DNA from: Okamejei kenojei
Taxonomy: Eukaryota
NCBI GenBank assembly: GCA_035221665.1
Contig: CM069164.1
Coordinates: 15,190,001 to 15,254,000 of the forward strand
Reading direction: 5' to 3'
DNA length: 64,000 nucleotides
The stretch's first letter is position 1; the number at the start of each line of letters is the position of its first letter. The notes under the pieces were generated by a model. It made no database searches. It was not told the origin of the DNA and saw nothing but the letters and a program-made list of their open reading frames with translations. Positions 47,273-59,134 of the stretch are shown here, one piece after another. The position numbers and the translations under genes are program-made.

Positions 47273-50200
47273 CACAACAGTTTATCCGGCTAAAGCCTCA
47301 ACTCAGAAGTGTAGTGTGTACTCTTCTACACTGGTCCCACCTGCCTACATTTGGCCCATATCTCTCCAAACCTACCCTATCCATGTACCCGTCCAAATAT
47401 GTCTTAAATGTTGTGATAAAACCTGCCTCAACTACCTCACTGATTACTGCAGTGTTGTTCAGTTGCTTTGAGTAATTATTGTGTAGGTGACAAGTGATGC
47501 CGGGAACGACACCTTGCGTCAGCGCCAATAGGAAGATGTAACATCGTAGTTGATAACCACTGGCCTTCAACAGAAGCAAAGCCTGAAACATTAACTCTAT
47601 TGCCCCCTCCATTGGTGATGCCCGAGCTGGTGATCTCCAAAAATTCTTTGTTTTTATTTCAGATTTTTGACAGCTGCAGCAATATGTGTGGATCTGGGAC
47701 TCGGGACTCATTGGGCCAGCACGGGACTTTGATTTCAAGTGAGTAACTAAGTGTGGGATTTAAAAGAGCCATTGGTGCATCGAGTTATAACGCATGGAAA
47801 AAGGCCCTTTGGCCCAACTTGTCTATGTTGACTTAGGTACCCAAATACAGTGGTGCCATTTGCCCACATTTGACCCATATCCCCCCAAATCTTTCCTATC
47901 CATGTAACTATCCAAAGCCTTCTAAGCATTGCAGTTGTACACGTGTTATATAAGAACTAGAAATCAGTACATGAAACTACCAGATTACTGCTCGAACTGG
48001 CCTAATTCCCCAGTGGAGGAAAGTCGCTACCTGGCTTGTGCATAACTCCCAGCCCACCAACGCTTATCGTTAACTTCCTTGCGATGTGGCCTGACAGCTC
48101 AGCTCTGGGGACACTTGTGCATGGACCACAAGTGATAACCTACTCCCTGGAATGTTAATATTAACCCAGCCCTTGGCAAGAGGAAAGGGATCTTGGGCTA
48201 ATTGCTGTGGAGTTACTGCAGGTGAGCAGCCAATGTCAAGACTCTCTCCTCTTACCCGCATCAAGGGACCTCCCACTCTGCGAAGTTTAGCGGATCCAGA
48301 GGCTGAGGGGAAGCTGATCAAAGTGCCTTACATTACAACTGGATTTATTGGAAGGTGGGGTGGGGAGGATGAGGAGATGGGGAGATGATTTTACGTATGG
48401 CTCCGCCAGAACCGGAGGAGTAAATAATGAGAGCAACAAATAAATCCGGTGGGGAAATTGGGACAAGCCTTTGTCGTGAAAGTGGGGCAGTGGGTGAGGC
48501 AAATAATGGAGAGTGGTTTAAGAGGAGGCTGGATAAACACACGAGGGGGTAAAGCACGAGGAAGAGATGGGAATAGGAGCAGATGCAGAGGGAAGAAGAG
48601 GAGATTGGTGTGTAGAAGCACTAGCATGAATCAGATAAGCTGAATGGACTATGGATAGATGCCACAGCTCTATGTGGTAACTAGAATTAAGTTAAATATT
48701 CAAACAAATCCCACTTAAATATTTTGTCTAAAGCAGGCTGTTGAGAGATAACCTGCAGACTGAGTAAGATTGACACATGTGGAGTCTCAAACACCACAGG
48801 GTGTCTGATGTCTTTGTCCTTTAAATCAGTCCACATTAAAAAACACTGGTTTACTGGAAAACAAATTGCACAGTTCTGTACATCATGTCACACACCAGAT
48901 AAATAGGAAACGCGCGCAGTCAGTGCACATTCTGCTCTTGCGATAGATACACTGTGGGCTCTGTAGGTGATTGGAATGATTGGTACCTGGCAGTGAATTA
49001 CGAGGATGGCCTGGTGGCAGATTATGGATCCTGAGGTGATGCGAGAGGTTCATCAGCTGTCAGCCAGTGACCGCAGCAGAGCCCACACAAAGGGCTCGTC
49101 CGATCCATCAGCAGGAAATAGTGGCAGGAAAATCAACCCAGAGAGATTGCTAAACCGATGGCCCCACAATGGACTCGGGTCCTACCCTGCCATTGTGAAC
49201 CAGAGTGGGTGAGACTGATGCAGGACCTTGACCTGAAACATTAACCATCCCATTGCTCCACAGATGCTGCTCGATCTGCTGAGTTTGCCCAGCTGTTTAT
49301 ATGGAGCAGGACAAGAATGCAGAGAATGGATGACGTGGAGGAGGGTAAAGGGGGCAGGAAAGGGAGGCTGGAATGGGTGGTGACTAGGTTAGAAGGACCT
49401 CAGTATATCTGGACCATGTCCTCTTCTCACTGCTCAACTGGCTGTTGCTTTGGCACGGAATTATGTTTATTTCTCAACAATATTGTGAAAAGATTATCCA
49501 ATCCTCATCATATTGCTTATTATGAGAGCTTACACTGCACAAGTTGTCTGTTGTGTTTCTGACATTACAGGAGGGACTGCCTTTCAAAAGTGCTCCGACT
49601 GGCTTGAGGATGTGAAAGGTTATAGAAATGCAGTTCCCCCCTCCCTTCCCCACCCCCTCCCACCCTCTGCAGGTGAAGCACCATTCTGAAATCCTGTTCC
49701 TTTCCTGCAGCCACTCTCTTAAACGGAAATATTTTGACATATTTCTGCTGCCTCCCTCATCCCAGTCCCAGTCCCAACTCCAGCCCCAGTCCCAGAGATC
49801 TATGCTCGGTTTAACATGATCAAGTTGCGGGGACATGGCTGATTTGGTGCCTGTTGTGCTGGGCGTGGTGATGGATCAAGGGTCCATGTGATGGACAGCG
49901 GCTCCAAGAGAGGGATGAGAATGTTTGTACTTCCCGGGATGAAGCAGAGATCACAACAGACAATGCACTGCTTTGTAATCCTTCTGCTCATGGCCCATCC
50001 CCCGCCCTGTCGCCACCCCATACTGGAAATTCGTGCACCTCGGGAAATGTTGGCTCTTTCACCCTGCATCCCACCAAAAATATTAACCCAGATCCAACCA
50101 TGTCCTTCCGCAGAGTAGTCAACCAGCTCTCAGCCCTCACCCCTCTAATGGGGTTACCTGATCCTGTGCTCTGATCCATCTTGTGGATCCAAATTGCCGC

Positions 50201-50874
50201 AAAATAAAATTCAATTACAGTTTGAACAACGGGGTTGCATGGTTTTTGCAGTTGCCATGGTAATAGTTTGTTCTATTAATATAACTGGCAATAAATAGAT
50301 TTTCTTAAACAATTAATGTAGGGAATTATCATTTCCTCAGCAGTGAGCACACTGGATTGTAGTGCTGGCTGTGTTGCGGGCCTGGAGTCAGCTCGATGAG
50401 TCTGGCGTCTGTGTCATTGCAGTGGGTATTTCTGGACCGAGGCATCCCCCAGCACAGCAGGGAGGAGTGAAGCCACCTCACCATCTCAGCCCCACCTCAA
50501 ACTGGGCCGAGCCAAAGGAGTTGCAAATCTGGCGCTGACGCGCCCTCGCACTACCACCATTGGTCCTTGCACATGCTCATCATTGTGATGTCCTAACTTT
50601 CCATGGCTGGTTTGAAAAGAAGAGTCATTACCCATCATCATTCTAGAATTAATTGCCAAAGTATGGGACAGTAATTCTACCGCAACATTGAGGGTTCACA
50701 GAAGCAGTCTCAGTAATACACACATACAAATCAGTTGCAGGATAAGCCACTTGGCCTCTCCACAGCAAGAAAGTTCCAAGGAACATCATCTCTGTCTTAA
50801 ATTGTAGCCATTATCTTTTTAAACAGTAACCAACCCCCCCACCCCCCAGTTCTAGATTTCTCCACAGAAGGAAA

Positions 50875-51505
50875 CAAATACCTTGGAATGTACCTGAACA
50901 GTAAACTGGACTGGTTCAGGAATGCTGAGGCCCTGTACGAGAAGGGATGGATCCGGCTGCACTTTTTGTGAAGGCTCCGCTCCTTCAACATCTGCAATAA
51001 GATGCTGCAGATGTTCTACCAATCAGTGGTAGCCAGTGCTATCGTCTTTGCTGTCGTGTGCTGGGGCAGCAGGGCCGAAGGCCACAGACGCCAACGGGAT
51101 TAACAAACCCATCAGGAAGGCTGGGGCAGAGTTGGATTCATGGGAGATGGTTCTGCAGGGGAGGATGCTCCTCAAACTGTGGAGCATCTTGGACAATACA
51201 GCTCACCCCCGCTTTGACACACTGGTCAACCTGAGGAGCACCTTCAGGAACAGTCTGGTTCCACCAAGATGCAGGGCAGAACACCACAGGAGATCCTTCT
51301 TCCCTGTGGCTATCAAACTGTACAACTCCTCCCGCTTCTGTCGTGAGGTACATTGACTCCCCTCCACCCCCCCCACCCCAATCTTTGCACATCCCCAGTC
51401 CTTTCCACTCGTCACTTTAATTTCATGTTTCATGTATCTCGTGTTTTATGATTGTTTAGCAGATCAATTTCCCTCCTGGGATAAATAAAGTTCTATCGTA
51501 TTGTA
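50875..51505 (+). mobile_element. Rex1/Babar-type LINE 3' portion
   Basis: KYLG..LNSKLDW..N.EALY.KG..RL.FL..LRSFNICNKMLQMFYQSVVAS…RRSFFPVAIKLYN. Tail gggataaataaagttctatcgta. Confidence 0.75.
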
Positions 51506-51759
51506 GAATATCTACTCCATATCCACCGCAAAAAAAATGTATGCCTTGCTGTCCAACGTTTCCATGCATATACAACAACCTGTCCATTCCAGGTACTAGT
51601 GGTAAACCTTCACATTAAGATCCTTCTTTTAATAAGGAGCCCAGTCCTGTACACAGTACTCTAAACATGGTCCCACAAATGTATCCAATGTATCCAAATT
51701 CCCTGACTATTAACTATTGGCTTTCTTGATTATTTGCATACTCGCATTGTATAGAACTC

Positions 51760-52165
51760 TTTTGTGAGTGTGTAGAAGTGTGTAAGGATGTGTATTGTGG
51801 CGTATGTGACAACTATATGTGTGCAGGAGTGCGTGTGTAGGAGTGTCTATGAGTTTCCAGAGGTGTGTTTGTAAGAGTGGTTTATGTGAAGGCGTGTGAG
51901 TGTGTAATGATGTGTGTGAGTTTGTGGGAGAGTGTATGTCTGAGAGGATTCAGGTTTGTTTGGATGTGTGTTTAAGTATATTGAAGTGTGAATGTTCAAA
52001 AGTATATTTACAGGAGTGCATTTGAAAATTTAGAAGTATTTGAGCAACTGTGTAATAATGTATGATAGGGGTGAGTAAGTCTGCAGAAATGTGAGTCTGA
52101 ATGTGTATGTGAAGGTATGTGTAGGATTGTATGTAAGTATGTGCAGTGATGTAAAAGTGTGTAAT
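51760..52165. repeat. TG-rich low-complexity tract
   Basis: Degenerate (TG)n/(GTGTA)-like sequence. Confidence 0.65.
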
Positions 52166-52179
52166 GTCCGTCAAATCTT

Positions 52180-52920
52180 TTCTACCCACGTCCTCTGGCA
52201 GCTCGTTGCATGTACCTTTGTGTGAAAAGGTTGTCCACCAGGTTCCTTTCAAATCTTTCTCTTCTCACCTTAAACCTAAACTCCTCTATCCTGGGAGGAA
52301 GCCTGTGACTACTGACCTTATCTATGTCCCTCATTAGTTTAGAAACATTGATAAGGTCATCCCTCACCCTCCTACGCTTCATGGAGAAAACAGTCTATCC
52401 AGCCTCTCTTTATAATCCAAACATTCCAGACCCGGTAACATCTTCATAACTCTTTCTCGCACCCGTTCCAGTTTAATGATGTCCTTCTTATTACAAAGTG
52501 ACAAGTACTGTACACTATACTCCAAATGTGACTTTACCAATGTCCTGTACAGCTGTAACATGACGTCCCAACTCCTGCCATCATTACATAGACTGATGAA
52601 GGCACTGTGACAAGTACGGATCCATGGTAAATTCAGATGAGAAATATTCATTTTACACCTCGCCCATCTCCTTTGCCTCCACATAATATTGTTGATCTTT
52701 AAGGGACCCTATTCTTCTTTGTTATTATTGTCCTCAATTTACTTCTAGAATCCTTTGGATTATCCTTTACCTTATCTGGCAAAGTTGTATCATGTCTCCT
52801 TTGGGCTTCCTGATAACCTCTTAATTGCACTGTCACAGCCCCAATACTTAAGGGATTCACGATCCTAGCTGCCTATACTGACTACACCATCATTTTGACC
52901 AGAGCCTCAGTACCTCTTTC
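52180..52920 (-). mobile_element. CR1 ORF2 3' region fragments
   Basis: Minus-strand VMLQLYRTLVKSHLEYSVQ..S....KDIIKLERV.ER..KMLPGL..LDYKERLDRL and RRRVRDDLI.V.K.MRDIDKV. Confidence 0.8.
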
Positions 52921-53104
52921 TTAGTACAAGCCTCACAAAGTCCCTGGACAGTATGAATGGAGCTTGTGGCTTCACAATGGGGCAGCCTGCATGCCATCTG
53001 CACTCTGATGGATGACAGGGCACTGTGGCAACAGCAGGGGCCGTCTGGGTTTCTGGACAATTGCTCAAGTGACTCATAAACTGAGCCACAACCATCCAGA
53101 ATTG

Positions 53105-53240
53105 AGAAAATGGAACTGCAGATGCAGGTTTACAAAAAGATTACGCAAAGTGCCGGAGAAACTCAGCGGGTCACGCAGCATCACTGCAGAACATGAATAG
53201 GTGACGTTTCGGGGTGGGACCATTTTTCAGGCTGATTGTA
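53105..53240 (-). mobile_element. PLE 3' terminal module (degenerate hammerhead)
   Basis: ggaactgcagatgcaggtttac…actcagcgggtca.gcagcatc…ataggtgacgtttcggg. Confidence 0.7.
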
Positions 53241-54215
53241 GAGGGGGGACATTCAAACAACCTCAGGGTGTTTTGTACTTTGAGGGAATGTTGACTGTTA
53301 TTAGTGAAATCTAAGAGGGCAATGTTCAGGTTAAGAGGCAGAAACCTGCAGAACTGTTTTTTTGACAACCCATATATTTGGTGTGGGAACCAAATCACCT
53401 TCAAAGAAAATGTAATTTATGAAAAGGTACAATTAAAGCATACAGGCTTCGGCTTATTTATTTATCTCACTCTTCAAAGGGAATTTTATTAATGAATGCA
53501 TGCATTTTAATTGCAAATCTAGACCCTCAGTTGAGAGGGAAATTGATTCTAATGGTTTACAAATTAAATTATTGCCAGCGGACCCGAGGTGCACAGGAGA
53601 AATTAATTTGCCCTGCAGTGAAGCCATTGTAGCAGCCTGTGTTGAACACAGCGCCTTTTATTCAGACCATAAATAATGAGCTTACATAAAGAGTCCTCAC
53701 AGTCACTTTACCGTGAGCATCTATCAGGGAGAAGACTTGCATTTAATCCAGCGCCTCATTACATTGCCCAGAGAGGATGCAAACAATTCCCGTCAAATAC
53801 TGACTCTCAAGCCTCCGGGCAATGGTACCGTGGGCACACACCAGACTGATGACCGCAGACACAATCCCCAAAAACCGAGAGAGGGTCGGTTACCGGCCTC
53901 TGTGGGAAAGGGTCAGGGGGAGTCTAATATTACATGACCCTCCAAATAAAGGCCCAGGCACTGAATCAGGGAGATCAAAGGCTGTGAATTTATGAAGACC
54001 TCTAACAGAGCATGATGTACCCAGTTATGACAGAGACCAGAAACAGAAGGCCGGTTTCTATGTGGTAGACTTGACATGGGGTAGAGTCGAATTTAGCATC
54101 ATACCTGAAGAAAATCTGGTGAAGAACCCTTGGTGCCTCTCTGAAGGTCTCAGGGTCACACTCATTAACCACCAGCCCCAGCACAGAGAGTTGACAGAGG
54201 TTCCCAAGTATTCAT

Positions 54216-54483
54216 TTTTACAGGGGGTCCCCAGGACTGTGTGGGTATTTACAGGGGGTTCCTGGAGAGAGTGTCAGCATTAACAGCAGATTTCTGGGAA
54301 TGTGTCAGTAGTTACACAGGGGGTCCCCAGTGAGTGTGTTAGTATTTTCAGCAGATAGCAAAGTGTGTGTCAATGTTTATATAACATACCACCATGTGTG
54401 TCAATGTTTACAGGCGGTCCCAGAGTATGTATCCATGTTTACAGGGGGTTCCAGGGGTGTGTGTCAGTATTTATAGTGAGTGT
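54216..54483. repeat. Degenerate ~31-bp minisatellite (tttacagggggtcccagg..tgtgtcagta)
   Basis: About 8-9 diverged units read directly. Confidence 0.6.
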
Positions 54484-54686
54484 AGAAACAAGGAACTACA
54501 GAAACTGATTTACACAAAAGGACACAAAGTGTTGGAGTAACACAAGCTTCTCTGGAGAACATATATTGGTGATGGGTATGAAGTAGGTTCCTGACCCGAA
54601 ACATCACCTATCCATCTTCTTCAGAGAAGCTTGTGATACCCATTGCCTGACCCATTGAGTTACTCCAGCATCTGTGTCCCTTTACA
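54484..54686 (-). mobile_element. PLE-derived fold-back element
   Basis: Arm gacacaaagtgttggagtaac…cacaagcttctctg pairs with cagagaagcttgtg…gttactccagcatctgtgtc; acccgaaacatc at the apex. Confidence 0.7.
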
Positions 54687-54728
54687 CTGAGTGTGTTGGT
54701 TTATTCAGTCTCTTTGGGAGGAAAGTAA

Positions 54729-55291
54729 AGGGCCTGTCCTACTTGGGTGATTTTTTTCAGCGACTGCCGGCGACTGTCATAGTCGTAGTAAGTCACCGAA
54801 AAAGCGGTGACTGGACCCACCCTATGACAGTGTCCAACCCCTTAAGAATCTATAGGACCTACTCCTGGGTTGACGGCAAACTATGGCAAGCTACCGACAA
54901 CCGGTGACCATTAGGACGTCCACCTACGCACCAAACACCTACCACATCCAAGTCCCCTACTCCTTAGTCCACCCGCACGCGACAAGCTACGACAAGGCAA
55001 GACAATTCAGTCGCCGGTACCGGTCGCCGGTTGACGTAGGTTGACGTAGGTAGTCGCCCATGGAGTTCACCGAAGTCAGCGCCGGCGGCAACCTACTGTC
55101 ATCCTGGCGACAAACTGCGACAGCCCCTACATCAGGCTACGATTGTTGGCGTCAAACCCAGCGGCGAGCAGAAAAAAGGTACGACCCTTTGGGCGGCTGA
55201 GGAGACCATACAGGCGACACCCCAGCGACCAAGTGGCAACAGCCTAGACGCCTGTAGTCGCCTAGAAAATCTCCTAAGTGGGACAGGGGCA
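54729..55291. mobile_element. Non-autonomous TIR element (PIF/Harbinger-like MITE)
   Basis: About 37-bp imperfect TIRs (agggcctgtcctacttgggtgattttt..cagcgact / agtcgcctagaaaatctcctaagtgggacaggggca), flanked by TAA at 54726-54728 and 55292-55294. Confidence 0.7.
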
Positions 55292-55697
55292 TAACTCTAC
55301 CTCAGGTGAGTTCATTTATTTTCCTGCCAATAAGGACCTGCTCCAGGTGGCAAATGCCACTCCCAAGGAATAACTGGACAACGATTCTGAAGCAGAGATT
55401 GTCACAGCCTCCTGCTCTGAGCTGTGCGCGATTAATCTGGCAATTGGAATGAAATCTTATACAGATCCCACAGCACTCTCCAACCGCGTCTTCCTGCCTA
55501 TTTGAAGGAAGCTCTCTCACCCCCTCTAGAGGAATACCCTCACTTAACATTGCAGGAGCTAAACGCACTGAAACCCACTCTCAGAGGGAGAAAGGCGTAT
55601 ACACTGATTAACTGTGTGCTGCTGCAGGACACAAAAAACATCCATGCTTCACACAAACCTCAATCAGCTTTCCTAAATCAGCTGGTCTCAATAACTA

Positions 55698-56010
55698 GGG
55701 GCGACATAACTCACAGTGCAACTGGTAGAGTTATCACTTCACAGTGCCTGTGACCCAGGTTCAATCCCGACCTCCAGTGCTGTCAATGTGGAATCAGCCC
55801 ATTCTCCCTGTGACCATGCGGGTGCTCTGGTAGGTTAATTTGTAACTATAAATTGTCGCTAGTGTGTAGGTGAGTGATAGAATTTCAAAAGAACTGATGG
55901 GAATGTGCAGAGAATATGTAAAGAAAAGGAGTTACAATAGGATTAGTGCAAATGAGTGGTTGATGGTCAGCATGGACTCAGTGGGCTGAAAGGCCTGTTT
56001 GGCCCTTTGA
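55698..56010 (+). mobile_element. V-SINE (HE1-like)
   Basis: B-box GGTTCAATCCC (~55758), V-domain remnant, and CR1-type tail gtcagcatggactcagtgggctgaaaggcctgttt. Confidence 0.65.
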
Positions 56011-56619
56011 TGACTATGTCATTCAGTTATATAATGCTCCCAAAAGAGTAAAATGTCCTAGATTCTACCCTGGAGTATTAGCAAGTAGAAACCAGACAGG
56101 GGGGGCAGAAACAGGGCATTTAGGAACTGAGGGAGATGGAGAGGGTTAGGGAAGAAATTCCAGAGCTTGGGGCCCAAACAACTGATGACACAGCCACCAT
56201 GATGACTGAGGGATAATCAAGAGGCTGGAATTGGAGGACTACGGTGACTGCAGAGATTTCAAGGGGTGGCAGGCAAGTGTGGACACAGAGCAGAGTTTTG
56301 AAGGCCTTGAGGGCGGCAGAAGGGGAATGTGTCAAAATAGCTGAGTCTGGCGGCAAGTAGGTGAGCTGAGGCAGGGCTGGGTTGGATGAATTTTCTCTTC
56401 CTTCCTCTCTCCCCTCCTCAGCCAACTTCTCCATATTGTGATATTCATCCCAACCTGTCGGAGGGGGTTCCGCTCCTCCCACTCACCGGGTAAAGGTGTT
56501 TCTTCTCAGTTCCCATTGGATCAATCTTGTGGTTCCTTATTTTGGATTTTCCCACAAATGGAATGATCTTTTGTGAGTCTATGCTATAGTATTTTTGCTC
56601 CTCATGCCACATGGCCCCA

Positions 56620-56730
56620 ATAAGAAGTTTTGTGCTCTTTTTCGAAAGAATAGCCATGGGGTTCTCTACATCCATTTGAGAGGTCAGATAGGGGCCCCCG
56701 ATTTAAGATCCCACTTGCAAGAGTCCCTGA
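56620..56730 (-). mobile_element. Deu-domain SINE relic
   Basis: tgctctttttcgaaagaatagccatggggttctctacatccatttgagaggtcagataggggcc. Confidence 0.55.
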
Positions 56731-57030
56731 TTCTGCCCCAGGATGTCTACTCTTGTACTGGTGCAGATCTGTGGGACATGACTGGGATAATTGTGGAGCT
56801 GTGAGACCTGATTTTCAACTGAGGACTGCATTCCAACCCAAAAGCCAGCACAGGGTAATCTGGTCCAAGACAGGACCCATTTTCCTGCTGAGTATAGTTT
56901 TCAGGCTGACCTTCCAGCTGTCTGCCAGCCTCAAGCAGCTCAATCAGGCTCAATGTTGACTCTGTGAGAGACTGAATGCCACTTAACCACCCATTCATCT
57001 AACTTAACATTCCTCTTCACTACAATCACT

Positions 57031-57705
57031 CTTGAAGAGTCAAGAGCTTCAAATTCCTGGGCGTGCACATCTGTGAAGATCTTTCCTGGTCCGAGAACAC
57101 AGATGCAATTATTAAGAAAGCTCATCAGCGCCTCTACGTCCTGAGAAGATTACGGAGAGTCGGTCTGTCAAGGAGGACTCTCTCTAACTTCTACAGGTGC
57201 ACAGTAGAGAGCTTGCTGACCGGTTGCATCGTGGCTTGGTTCGGCAACTTGAGTGCCCTGGAGAGGAAAAGACTAGAAAAAGTAGTAAACACTGCCCAGT
57301 CCATCATCGGCTCTGACCTTCCTTCCATCGAGGGGATCTATCGCAGTCACTGCCTCAAAAAGGCTGGCAGCATCATCAAGGACCCACACCACCCTGGCCA
57401 CACACTCATCTCCCTGCTACCTTCGGGTAGAAGGTACAGGAGCCTGAGGACTGCAACGACCCGGTTCAGGAATAGCTACTTCCACTCAGCCATCAGGCTA
57501 TTAAACTTGGCTCGGACAAAACTCTGAACATTAATAACCCATTATCTGTTATTTGCACTTTATTAATTTATTAATTAATGTGTGTATTTACGTATATAAT
57601 TGAAGTCAATGCCTACTATGTTCTGTTGTGCTATGCAAAGAAAGAATTTCATTGTCCTGTCAGGGACACACGACAATAAACTCTTTTGACTTTGACTTTG
57701 ACTTG
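57031..57705 (+). mobile_element. Rex1/Babar-type LINE, 5'-truncated, with a well-preserved ORF C-terminus
   Basis: ORF 57063-57527: …KKAHQRLY.LRRLRR…FYRCTVES.LTGCIVAWFGN…HPGHTLISLLPSGRRYRS…RFRNSYF..AIRLLN. (GACTTT)n tail. ACAATCACT direct repeat at 57022-57030 and 57706-57714. Confidence 0.88.
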
Positions 57706-57980
57706 ACAATCACTAAAGTGAAGCACCAAGGGTCAGACAAACCGGTGGTGCAGTAACCTTTGCACATCTTGCTTTCATGTGGAAACGGATTTCTGGTACG
57801 GAGTTCAACTTGTGCCTCCATCATCCCACCACAACGGAGGATGGACTCCACCTCTTGGTGTCTTCCATGTGGTGTTGTCCCTACAATATGCTCCCTGACG
57901 CCATCCAAATGATAAGAACAAAAAGTTGCTGTTGTGTCATTCAACACCATGTTATGCAGTCCATCAGAAAGGATTGCAGA

Positions 57981-58214
57981 CAGTGACGGACTGGGTCTAA
58001 AAATATTGGTTGCCAGAAGACAAAGGGGGCCCACTTCAACAGGGGCCCACATTATAGGGGGCCCACTTCATCAGGGGCCTACTTGATATAGGGGGCCCAC
58101 TTCATCAGGGGCCTACTTGATATAGGGGGCCCACTTCATCAGGGGCCCACTTACTTGCCATCATCAGGGTCACTTGCCATCGGGCAAGCTGACACCCTGG
58201 CCAGTCCGCCACTG
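57981..58214. mobile_element. hAT-type MITE with an internal minisatellite
   Basis: TIRs CAGTGACGGACTGG / CCAGTCCGCCACTG (13/14). 8-bp TSD ATTGCAGA at 57973-57980 and 58215-58222. Internal ggggcc(c/t)actt repeats at 58025-58152. Confidence 0.88.
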
Positions 58215-58933
58215 ATTGCAGACTGATCTTAGCCAGCGGAGACTGTATAACGCAATTGCACTTGACAACATCTCTTTCTGGAGACAATCAATGCAATGTA
58301 CAAAATATTCATTAGATCGCCCAACTGGAAGTCCCACTGAGCAGTCTGTGATGTTGCTGGCTGGAGCAGCAGCCCCTGCTTGTCACAATGGGGCCTGTCA
58401 GTTTTTGTTGTCCAGGAGGCCTCCACCCATTCAAGCACGATCATCAATCTTCCTCCTGCATTTCAGCAATAACAAAAATTCAAGCAAACAAATCTCATGG
58501 CCGCCGTTACTATAAATAATGAAACCTCCAGGCATCTGCAACATGCATCAGAAGCTGACTGTGAAATCAGAGCTTGAGCCAAAGCTTGCACCTAGTATCC
58601 TTGTGACAGGAACTGCTGAAGGAAGCTGTGATGAGATTGGCCCCTGTGGAATTTCAGTAAACTCGGTTTTTGCACAGATTGCAAGTAGGCTACTTTAAAT
58701 TCAGCATCGTAAGTGGATCTTAAGATTGTATGTGTTTATGAGCCTATAAATCCTGCATTGCAGGCTGCCTGCCTGAAAATAATGGGTAATGCTGCACAAA
58801 GCTGAGTGAGAATAGGCTCAGTGGATTGAGAGTGGCAGATGATATGTTTTATCCTGTAGTTAACCATCCAGGGAACATTCTCATGTCCAGTACTCACAAT
58901 ATAAAGATTGAAAACCAAGATGATTATGGATAG

Positions 58934-59109
58934 AAGATAGACACAAAGTGCTGGTGTAACTCAGCGGGTCAGGCAGCATCTCTGGAGGAAAAGGGATGGA
59001 TAATGTTTCAGGTCAGCACACTTCTTCAGAACCGAAACATCATCCACCCTTTTTCTCCAGAGAAGCAGCCTAACTTTGATATAAACCAGCATCTGCAGTT
59101 CTTTTCTAC
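58934..59109 (+). mobile_element. PLE-derived fold-back element
   Basis: 14/16 direct repeat AGATGAT(T/C)AT(G/A)GATAG at 58918-58933 and 59110-59125. Arm starts tagacacaaag; ends aaaccagcatctgcagttc. Confidence 0.78.
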
Positions 59110-59134
59110 AGATGATCATAGATAGGTTAAAAGA

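Noticed and set aside
55755-55772. tRNA gene suggested by B-box GGTTCAATCCC
   Set aside because: It is a SINE head followed by the V-domain, with no cloverleaf.
57063-57527. 154-aa ORF as a host gene
   Set aside because: It is the C-terminus of a Rex1/Babar-type LINE ORF, with a microsatellite tail and TSD.
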